From Myxococcales bacterium (lineage in GTDB: Bacteria; Myxococcota_A; UBA9042; JABWCM01; BTVJ01): a DNA stretch of 14,306 nt. Numbering within the stretch: the stretch's first letter is position 1; each line of letters starts with the position of its first letter. Both the position numbers and the translations under genes were made by a program. Positions 7,301 to 13,424 of this stretch are shown piece after piece. The notes beneath the pieces were generated by a model that saw only the letters and a list, made by a program, of their open reading frames with translations, was not told the DNA's origin and searched no databases. The stretch is taken from NCBI GenBank assembly GCA_045863395.1, contig BTVJ01000134.1, positions 1-14,306 on the forward strand, given 5' to 3'.

Positions 7301-8573
7301 GGGCCAGCGCCACGGCGAAGGCGGCGAGCACCCCGAGGGTCGCGATGAGGGTGTCGCGCCGCAGGTCCAGGGTCGCTCCGACGTAGGCGACCAGGATGGC
7401 CGACAGGATCAGGAGGCCGAAGAGACCCTTCGCCAGGAAGACGAGCACCACACCCGCGGCGAGGGCGGCGAGCGTTCCCGTGAGGGACCCGCCCCGGACC
7501 ACCAGAAGAAACGAGCCGATGGCGAGCAGCAGCGACATGGCGAAGGGCGCGTCACCGCTCAGGTTGCGGGCGGCGGCAAAGGCGAGGGGCATGGTGACGA
7601 GGGCGAGGCTCGCCAGCAGCGCCACCCGCTCCCCGAGGACGGCGCGCGTCATCAGGTAGAGGGCCAGCACGCCGAAGAGCACGACCAGCGCGAGGGGGAA
7701 CCGCGACGACCACTCGCTGAAGCCGAAGAGCTTGTAGGAGCCTGCGACGAGCCAGGCGTCGAGCACGGGCACGGACCAGGTGACGCCGTCGCGCTTGTGC
7801 TGGACGCGCATCCACTGCACGCCCGGGACCGCGCCGAGGGCGTCTACCGCTGCCTCGATGCTCGTCACTACGGGGACCGGCACGCGGGTCATGGGTTCGC
7901 CCTGCAGGCGTGGGGCGAGCCGGGCCTCTGCCGCGTCACCGAGCCCTTCGTCCAGGCCAGCGGCACGCACGAGCGCGAGGCCCGCGCGGAGCGAGCCCAG
8001 GGCGTAGCGCTCCTCGACCTGCCCCTTGATGGCGTCCGTCGACGCGTAGAGCACGATGGTCGCGCCATCGTTGCCGGCAGCCAGCCCGTCGAGGAGGCCC
8101 GCCACCTGCTCGGGGGACTGCTCCTGGCCACCCGCCGTGAGGAGCAGCGTGGCGTCGATGACGATGGCGTGCCAGGCGGTGGCGTCCAGGGCGGCGCGCG
8201 CCCGGGTCCAGATGGCGCTGGGCGCCGGCCGCTCACGGGCGGCGCGATCCCCCGCCAGCTCCGCCGGGCCGTCGACCCCGAGGTCGGGGTAGCGGGAGCG
8301 GATCGCCTCGGTCAGCGGGTAGGCGGAGGCTTCGGGGCCCTCGACCGTCGCGGCCGGCTCGGCCACCAGCACGCGCGCCCCGCCGGCGATGGTGCGCGCG
8401 ACCGACGCCCGCTGCATCTCCCAGGGGTCCCAGAGACCGAAACGCCCCAACCCTGGGAACAGCACCGCCGCGGCCACCGCCAGGACCACCAGCGCCCAGA
8501 GTGGTCGATGGTGGTCGCGGGTGAAGCTGCGAATCTTGTGGAGGCCCGACGGGCCGTCCTTGGTGGGCACCAT
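4320..8573 (-). CDS. very large polytopic GT-C glycosyltransferase (ArnT/PMT-like, GT39/GT83 type) with soluble insertions and a C-terminal beta-sandwich-like domain, ~1417 aa
   Basis: TM1 followed by GLWDPWE acidic motif. WLVAGSYKLFGFSEWSSRFP, ARNLSGDAP, LAKGLFG, FDYFIRQLGFGTLPW and LPVAPALA match the ArnT/PMT motif order. Many further TM helices. C-terminal WRLFMHVD...GDH...WMPGDIVVD...VWIGFY domain. Start reassigned to ATG 8573 (GGAG 5 nt upstream); the extension to 9275 overlaps the opposite-strand gene. Confidence 0.85.
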   Translation of the reverse strand: MVPTKDGPSGLHKIRSFTRDHHRPLWALVVLAVAAAVLFPGLGRFGLWDPWEMQRASVARTIAGGARVLVAEPAATVEGPEASAYPLTEAIRSRYPDLGVDGPAELAGDRAARERPAPSAIWTRARAALDATAWHAIVIDATLLLTAGGQEQSPEQVAGLLDGLAAGNDGATIVLYASTDAIKGQVEERYALGSLRAGLALVRAAGLDEGLGDAAEARLAPRLQGEPMTRVPVPVVTSIEAAVDALGAVPGVQWMRVQHKRDGVTWSVPVLDAWLVAGSYKLFGFSEWSSRFPLALVVLFGVLALYLMTRAVLGERVALLASLALVTMPLAFAAARNLSGDAPFAMSLLLAIGSFLLVVRGGSLTGTLAALAAGVVLVFLAKGLFGLLILSAILVAYVGATLDLRRDTLIATLGVLAAFAVALALVFSPDEWTFFDHFRFMNRLHGKGPSPDNRNFDYFIRQLGFGTLPWAALVPFALGRLMAGARTFWGTDAREADAESRTVGRVQVLIFLWFCVPLVLHMVMFKDFTHVVLPVAPALAVALGLLLDRLLSEGSLDRFAAVIVGGILLILVHDIKASPEPLVSFLAYDPPFTKEKSGLLFPVDLKAPGSLMAILLLSTVVLINAFSQLGSVALRVARFFQRPRPLAVTVSVLAAALAADLVLSMRGRFSAAFKLPEAARLGAEQHAFPSQVLGRPEHVIGALALAALLVALVLTATAWGRRRRELASRPVRAVGRLVARGWALIGLEKPRVALSALLVVGAVSLIDAIARVRFPEGYGIGSTLLDPAFWALCVALVGSAILGAGAAQSPPADAGRLRRAFPNGADRWLPAMGAAAALLLYMAVRLSKEAWMTPPELWALLGLAALIAVPLIARALASRPGWLLAAIVLGGLAIAGSILIPYVQKWRELVPQLYPDGEPEDTIRYVFWGARDVKILLGLMALLGLSALWGRREAIGARLLPGSPDGLVRRLLSARLGERLLLHMERGRVAVPLFVVCALLSTMLYAQRFVPDLSFHVSQKHIIDTWREANAGGPEDDLFKHGSFGGASDEYNFYTRGIPEVSDRSRVMQILLNEADVPVKLSTEGGRSQVRVVQGFTEANDLDGDGRRDWPGDAGIAERVEDGLLVDEDKRWTDNQWAGFLLIDSAGRQLPITSNTADTLHVQGRPSSGRDDSFRSAYTIDHKDARDHGATAAERGRTFFLLPKLSFSELNHQFRKLSGGRHIPVLDDRSSRIVLATSHLKDGERSRNWIADHVITQEQLAQVPGIKRTSVNWEDTLELVAWRMESDAVRGREEFKIFFYFKVLKETSTSWRLFMHVDKPGSSNRIGGDHYVLNMSSDPEEKGCVGCFQTRHWMPGDIVVDEYAQEVPLGTPGGPQDVWIGFYNTANDKRMKVTEFDRGRVLHDGGNRVRVGTFSVR

Positions 8574-8594
8574 GAATGCTCCGACCGGCTGCGC

Positions 8595-8610
8595 CGGCAC
8601 GACAATTGCT
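8595..8610 (+). promoter_or_regulatory. near-consensus sigma54 -24/-12 promoter facing the DUF6178-like gene
   Basis: CGGCACGACAATTGCT vs consensus TGGCACG-N4-TTGCW (single mismatch), followed by an AT-rich melt region (AAATAAATAC). Confidence 0.7.
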
Positions 8611-8660
8611 AAATAAATACGAATGGTTGGCGCTTTACACCCGGAGGCGCGGCCTTGCGT

Positions 8661-8689
8661 ACTGTACGAGCGAAGCCCGCGCAACGCAA
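8661..8689 (-). promoter_or_regulatory. putative sigma70 promoter for the GT-pilD-kinase-regulator operon
   Basis: Minus strand TTGCGT(8689-8684)-N17-TACAGT(8666-8661), about 90 nt upstream of the ATG at 8573. Confidence 0.55.
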
Positions 8690-8774
8690 GGACAAGTGCC
8701 GCGCCAGCGGGTGAGCCCTCGACGCGAGGGCAAATCGTCGCTAGTGTCTGGCCCCCCCAGAAGGAGGAGCAACC

Positions 8775-10523
8775 ATGGGAAGCAAGACGGGTGGAGGGAG
8801 CGTGCCGGCGCTGCCGTGGCAGAAGGGTTCGGCCCTGGCTCGCAGGTGGGGCGACGCCACAGGGATGGAGAAGCTCGACGCGATCCTCTCCTTGGAGAGT
8901 CCGCGGGAGCTGGTCCAGTCCATGCGGGGCGACGAGCTCCTGTGGCTGGTCAAGGACATCGGGCCAACGGACTGCCTGCCTCTCCTCGCCTTCGCCACCG
9001 GCGAGCAGTGGCAGACCTTCGTGGACGTGGACTGCTGGCGGGGGGACCGGTTCGCGGCCGAGGTCTTCGAGGAGTGGCTCACGACGAGCATGGCGGCGGG
9101 CATCGAGGCGGCGTCCACGCTGCTGCACGGCGTCGACAAGGAGCTCCTGGTCCTGATGCTGATGAGCTTCGCCACGGTCCACGAGAAGGACGTGGAGACG
9201 GGCGAGATCCCCGACTCCAAGGACATCCTCACCAGCCCGGACGGCGAGTTCGTCATCGAGATGCCGGCGCGGCACCCGTCCATCCCCCTCGTCGACCGGG
9301 CCCTGCGCCTGCTGTACGCGCAGGATCTGGAGCAGGCGCGCATGGTCCTGCGGGCGACGCGCTGGGAGGTCGCGTCGGGGACCGAGGAGGAGCTGCTTCG
9401 ATGGCGCGCCGGGCGTCTGGAGGAGCTGGGCTTCCCGACCCTGGAGGACGCGCAGGCGCTGCTGGAGCTGGTGGCCCCGGGCGACGCGAAGCGCCAGATC
9501 CTGGAGGGGCTCGACCGGGCGGGGCCCGCGAACCAGGCGCCGTCCACGGTGGGGCGCACGGTCGCGCTCACACTGCCGGACCTGGGCGAGGCGTCGCTGC
9601 TCCTCCAGGCCCTTGACGCCATCGCCGACAGGGAGGCGAGCGACTCCGTGGTGACGTCAATCACCTTCCTGGTCAACGCCCTGCTGGTGCTGGAGCGAGC
9701 CGACTTCGGCGACGTGGAGGCGCAGCGCGCCGCCGGGCACCAGGCGCTGGCGATGCTGAACCTGGCGCTCGACCACGTGACCGGAGGGGACGCGCCCCTG
9801 GCCGCCCGGGTGCTCGAGCGCGTCTGGCTGCGAGACCTCTACCGCATCGGCGCGTCGCTCGTGGAGCCCATCCGCCGCAGGGCCGCGAGGCTCAAGGCGC
9901 GGACGACCGGCGAGGGAGGGCAGTCGTTGCTCGACGCTCCCATGGACGAGGCCATCGCTGCTCTCGCGAGGCGCCCGCCGCGGATGTTGGCCGGGGTGTC
10001 CCGGGAGGGCGAGGGCAGGCTGCGACCGGTTCGGACCATGGAGGAGCTGCGCACCATGCGCGCCGTGGTGGAGCGGGCCGAGGCCATCGTCGCCTTCGTG
10101 GAGCTCCGGTTCGGCTTCACGCCGGCCCGGTTCGACGCGACGGAGCTGGGCATCAGCGAGGACAGCCGGACCCACGTGCGCCTGTCGACCCTCGTGCTCA
10201 CCGCGTTCGCCAACGCGGCCATCGGGCGCGGCCTCTCGCTGGAGCCCTTCGGGCAGGCATCCCTCGACCTGCTCGTGGCTGGGTTCACACGGCCGGATGC
10301 ACAGGGGCGGAGCCTGGGTGATCGCCTCCGGCTGGCCCTGGCGGGCGCCACGGCCGTGCCTGACGATGCGCCGCAGAGAGAGCGACGCCGCGCGGCGCAC
10401 CTGCGCGCGTTCCTCGAGGAGTGCCTGGAGTCTCTGGAGGAGACCCTCGCCATCGCGACCCCTGGCGCGCCCCTGGACCCGCGGTTCATCGGGTCGGTGC
10501 TGTTGGTGCGGGACGAGGGGTGA
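8775..10523 (+). CDS. conserved hypothetical protein, DUF6178-like, 582 aa
   Basis: Strong RBS AAGGAGG before ATG and high-GC3 codon usage. The N-terminal pattern ILSLESPRELVQSM..DELLWLVKDIGPTDCLPLLAFATGEQWQTFVDVDCW and EEELLRWRAGRLEELGFP resembles, from memory, the deltaproteobacterial DUF6178 family. Function unknown. Confidence 0.8.
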   Translation: MGSKTGGGSVPALPWQKGSALARRWGDATGMEKLDAILSLESPRELVQSMRGDELLWLVKDIGPTDCLPLLAFATGEQWQTFVDVDCWRGDRFAAEVFEEWLTTSMAAGIEAASTLLHGVDKELLVLMLMSFATVHEKDVETGEIPDSKDILTSPDGEFVIEMPARHPSIPLVDRALRLLYAQDLEQARMVLRATRWEVASGTEEELLRWRAGRLEELGFPTLEDAQALLELVAPGDAKRQILEGLDRAGPANQAPSTVGRTVALTLPDLGEASLLLQALDAIADREASDSVVTSITFLVNALLVLERADFGDVEAQRAAGHQALAMLNLALDHVTGGDAPLAARVLERVWLRDLYRIGASLVEPIRRRAARLKARTTGEGGQSLLDAPMDEAIAALARRPPRMLAGVSREGEGRLRPVRTMEELRTMRAVVERAEAIVAFVELRFGFTPARFDATELGISEDSRTHVRLSTLVLTAFANAAIGRGLSLEPFGQASLDLLVAGFTRPDAQGRSLGDRLRLALAGATAVPDDAPQRERRRAAHLRAFLEECLESLEETLAIATPGAPLDPRFIGSVLLVRDEG

Positions 10524-10529
10524 TCGGGG

Positions 10530-10551
10530 CCGGGGGCAGGCCGCTCCCCGG
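10530..10551. terminator. possible hairpin between convergent DUF6178-like and atpE stop codons
   Basis: CCGGGGGC(10530-10537)/GCTCCCCGG(10543-10551) stem in the 47-bp convergent gap. No U tract. Confidence 0.3.
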
Positions 10552-10570
10552 ACTCGACGGGATCGGCCGC

Positions 10571-10915
10571 TCAGCCGGGGATCTTGCCCACGAGCGTGAA
10601 GCTGATCACGAGGGAGTAGATGACCAGCGACTCGATGAGGGCGAGGCCGAGGATCATCGGGGTGAACAGCTTGTCCGAGGCGCCGGGGTTGCGGGCGATG
10701 CCCTCGAGGGCCGCGGCCGCCGCGCGGCCCTGGCCGAGCGCGCCGCCGAACGCCGCGATGGCGATGCCGAAGCCCGTCGCGAGCGCGACGTACTTTCCGA
10801 CGGTGAAGTTGTTGTCGGCGACGTCGCCGTCGGCGGCGAGCGCGATGCCCGCGAACAGCAACACGTTGAACAGGGCAAGGGCCAGGGTGAGCAGGGTCTT
10901 CTTGGCGGTGGACAT
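10571..10915 (-). CDS. atpE: F0F1 ATP synthase subunit c with N-terminal signal-peptide-like extension, 114 aa
   Basis: GIAIAAFGGALGQG glycine motif, loop ARNP, ion-binding LALIESLVIY. RBS AAGGAGG upstream. Confidence 0.97.
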   Translation of the reverse strand: MSTAKKTLLTLALALFNVLLFAGIALAADGDVADNNFTVGKYVALATGFGIAIAAFGGALGQGRAAAAALEGIARNPGASDKLFTPMILGLALIESLVIYSLVISFTLVGKIPG

Positions 10916-10977
10916 GGTCGGGTTCCTCCTTGGTGGATGTCGAAAAGGGTCTACCGTTCGAGTCGTCGAAGGTTCGG

Positions 10978-11895
10978 CTAATGGTGCGCGGCATCCTCCA
11001 AGGCGATGGAGAAGTACACCATCGTCAGGAGGCAGAACACCAGGGTCTGGACAACGGCCACGAGCAGGCCGAGGAGCATGATCGGCAGGGGGACCAGCAC
11101 GAAGCCGAAGCCCAGGAAGATCCCCATCACCTTATGGTCCCCGAACATATTGCCCATCAACCGGAGGGCGAGAGAGATCGGGCGAGCCACGTGGCTGATC
11201 ATCTCGATCAGGAACATCAGGATCATGAGCGGGAGCGCGTACCACGCGATGATCGGGCCAAAGAAGTGCTTGAAGTAGGCGAGGCCGCTGTTCCGGACGC
11301 CATACCAGTGGGTCGCGAGGAACACGGTGAGCCCGAGCGCCAGGGTGGTGTTCAGGTTGTCCGTCGGCGGCAGGAAGCCGGGGATCATGCCGAGGACGTT
11401 GCTGAAGAGGATGAACGCCGCCAGGGAGGCGACCAGCGGCAGGACCTTGCGCGCCTTCTCGGCGGACATGCCCATGCTCGTCTGGAGCATGGTGAGGATG
11501 CCGCCGACGATCACCTCGAAGAACACGGTGGCGGAGAGCTTCGTCTCGGGCACCACCGCCTTCTCTGGATCGGACAGGCGCTTGCTCACCCCGACCGCGA
11601 GGAGCGCCAGGAGCACGAACACGACGCCCGCCATGACCACGTGAGCGACGCGCCCGACGGGGGACTTCTCGATCCAGGTGTTGCCGAGCATGCCCTGCAG
11701 GTTGTGGAACAGCCCGGGCATGAGCTGCTGCGGCAGCGACCAGTGGTCGCCCTCCGCGGCGTGGGCCCCCTCGGCGGCCTCGGGAGCGGCGTGGCCCCCC
11801 TCCGCGAGCGCAGGGCCGGCCAGCAGCAGCAGCGACGTCACCGCGAGCAGCCAGGCTGCGCGGAGCATGAGGGGCCTCTTCACCAGAAACGACAT
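10978..11895 (-). CDS. atpB: F0F1 ATP synthase subunit a, ~305 aa
   Basis: FILFSNVLGMIPG..PPTDNLN, EMISHVARPISLALRLMGNM (essential Arg), QTLVFCLLTMVY. Start reassigned to ATG 11895 (GGAG 8 nt upstream, just after the atpI stop). Confidence 0.96.
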   Translation of the reverse strand: MSFLVKRPLMLRAAWLLAVTSLLLLAGPALAEGGHAAPEAAEGAHAAEGDHWSLPQQLMPGLFHNLQGMLGNTWIEKSPVGRVAHVVMAGVVFVLLALLAVGVSKRLSDPEKAVVPETKLSATVFFEVIVGGILTMLQTSMGMSAEKARKVLPLVASLAAFILFSNVLGMIPGFLPPTDNLNTTLALGLTVFLATHWYGVRNSGLAYFKHFFGPIIAWYALPLMILMFLIEMISHVARPISLALRLMGNMFGDHKVMGIFLGFGFVLVPLPIMLLGLLVAVVQTLVFCLLTMVYFSIALEDAAHH

Positions 11896-11900
11896 CCGAC

Positions 11901-12317
11901 TCACTCCCGATGCATCGGAGCGCTCTCCGGGCGAGCGCCGGAGCGCGCCTGGTCGAGCATCGTGCGATACGACTCCACGAAGAGGACCACGAAGAGCGTG
12001 GAGATCCCGACCACGAACGGGATCACGTCCACCCTGACACGGACGACCAGGGCGTAGGTGACCGCGATGAGCACGCCGAACTTGGCGAGGAACAGGAGGA
12101 TGAAGAGCGAGCGGCTGCGTGGCGTCGAGGCCGCGATGCGCCGGCCGATCCACGCGATGACGCGGAAGTTGATCACGGAGAGCAGGACGCCCATGGCCAT
12201 GCTCCACAGCGCGTGGCCGAACCCGAGCACCAGGCCCGACCCGAGCAGCAGGAGCGCCCCGACGAGCAGGTTCGTCCGCTCGACCGTCCTCAGGAACCGT
12301 GTGATCTGCGCACTCAC
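11901..12317 (-). CDS. atpI: ATP synthase protein I (4-TM AtpI/UncI), ~138 aa
   Basis: Four hydrophobic helices with GVLLSVINF and FLAKFGVL patterns, directly upstream of atpB. GTG 12317 chosen (GAGG 8 nt upstream); ATG 12353 is an alternative start. Confidence 0.8.
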   Translation of the reverse strand: MSAQITRFLRTVERTNLLVGALLLLGSGLVLGFGHALWSMAMGVLLSVINFRVIAWIGRRIAASTPRSRSLFILLFLAKFGVLIAVTYALVVRVRVDVIPFVVGISTLFVVLFVESYRTMLDQARSGARPESAPMHRE

Positions 12318-12339
12318 TCCATGATCCTCGTCGCCGACA

Positions 12340-12714
12340 TCACCGGCCGTCATCGGCGTCGCCGGAGGGCTGCTCCGGCCCATCTTGCCCGCCATCTCGG
12401 CGCATCTCGTACAGCGCCTGCCTGCCCACGCGGAACACCGCGCGGAAGGCAGCGCCGATCCCGCTCAGGAGGAACAGGATCGTCATCCACGGGGCCGACC
12501 CGAGCTTGCCGTCGAGCCAGGAGCCCACCAGCCAGCCCACGAACACCGAGATGCCCATCTCGAGCCCGAGCGACCCGTAGGACGCCGCCGTCATCCAGCT
12601 CGAGCGACGCCCCGGCTGCTTGGCCGGGTCGTCGGGGTCACCTGCCGGCTGCGGCCCGCCCGGCATCCTGTGCGCGTCGCCCAGCGTAGCTCCCCGGAGG
12701 CCCAGCGGCCCCAT
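12340..12714 (-). CDS. atpZ: AtpZ/AtpI-family (ATPase gene 1) two-TM protein
   Basis: SLGLEMGISVFVGWLVGSWLDGKLGSAPWMTILFLLSGIGAAF is the typical G..G.WLD..L.T.PW signature. Start uncertain (TTG 12741, ATG 12714 or ATG 12666). Confidence 0.88.
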   Translation of the reverse strand: MGPLGLRGATLGDAHRMPGGPQPAGDPDDPAKQPGRRSSWMTAASYGSLGLEMGISVFVGWLVGSWLDGKLGSAPWMTILFLLSGIGAAFRAVFRVGRQALYEMRRDGGQDGPEQPSGDADDGR

Positions 12715-12786
12715 CGGGCGCCGCCTGACCCCATTCTTCAATGATTCTCAAACGTTCGGCAAAGAGCCCCCGAACAACCGGGCGTT

Positions 12787-12815
12787 TGTCTAGCACAGCC
12801 GCCCCCGTGCGTCAA
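12787..12815 (-). promoter_or_regulatory. sigma70 promoter of the atpZIBE operon
   Basis: Minus strand TTGACG(12815-12810)-N17-TAGACA(12792-12787) with an extended -10 TG (TGC TAGACA). Confidence 0.6.
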
Positions 12816-13088
12816 TGCCCTTCGGCCACAAGGGGACGGCACGCGGCACGCCCGCATGACGCGCTACGTCAAGAGGAGGCGGAGGGCCGAGCGCGCCGCC
12901 CCCAACCGTGCGGTCGACGACGGTTGCCGCGACCCACCGGAGACGCGGGCCCTCCGTTGGCGGCCACGACGTCACGCGCCGGGCCGAAGGAGCGGCCTCG
13001 ATGGTCCCCGCAGGCCTGCGCTCCCCCCGCCCGTCCCCGCGCAAACACTTGCTCGAACTGGTGTCACCCATCCCCACTTTGTAACCAA

Positions 13089-13123
13089 TGTCCTGGCCAG
13101 GACAGATAAGTTGCTTGATCAAG
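13089..13123. promoter_or_regulatory. two adjacent perfect palindromes, candidate transcription-factor operators
   Basis: TGTCCTGGCCAGGACA (13089-13104, 16 bp) and CTTGATCAAG (13114-13123, 10 bp) in the most AT-rich part of the intergenic region. Confidence 0.45.
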
Positions 13124-13144
13124 GTTCGTGGGGGGAACACAGTA

Positions 13145-13234
13145 GGCCCTGTGCCCACGTGCTGGCAGTCTCCTCTTGCGAGACGCACGATGTGCTTGCC
13201 AGCACCTTCGGGGCTGGACTTCGGGCGCAGGGCC
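13145..13234 (+). ncRNA. candidate structured RNA (multi-stem cis-leader or small RNA), family not recognised
   Basis: Nested stems read directly from the sequence: 13145-13156/13223-13234 (12 bp, one U-G), 13159-13167/13197-13205 (9 bp), 13168-13172/13180-13184, 13185-13188/13192-13195. Confidence 0.45.
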
Positions 13235-13424
13235 GTGCACCGACGACAGGCGCCCAACCGAGCACGGTGACGAGCTTCCGCTGCTCAGTGGCCTCCCGCA
13301 CTTCGGGAGGAAGAGGGCGGCGTCGCGAGTGGCAGGAGAAGGTGCCTCGGCCGGCCGAGTGGGGGCCCACTCGGCACGACCGGGGCCAGACGGTGCGCCG
13401 GGCCGCACCATCGAGGAGGACACC

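Noticed and set aside
4365..8612. 1415-aa plus-strand ORF
   Set aside because: Codon-aligned antisense mirror of the glycosyltransferase with typical shadow composition and no domain motifs.
8574..9275. Upstream extension making the GT 1651 aa
   Set aside because: Runs through the promoter region and antisense to the DUF6178-like gene. ATG 8573 has an RBS and precedes TM1.
11896..12207. Upstream extension of atpB to 409 aa
   Set aside because: Overlaps atpI in another frame with shadow-like sequence. ATG 11895 has an RBS.
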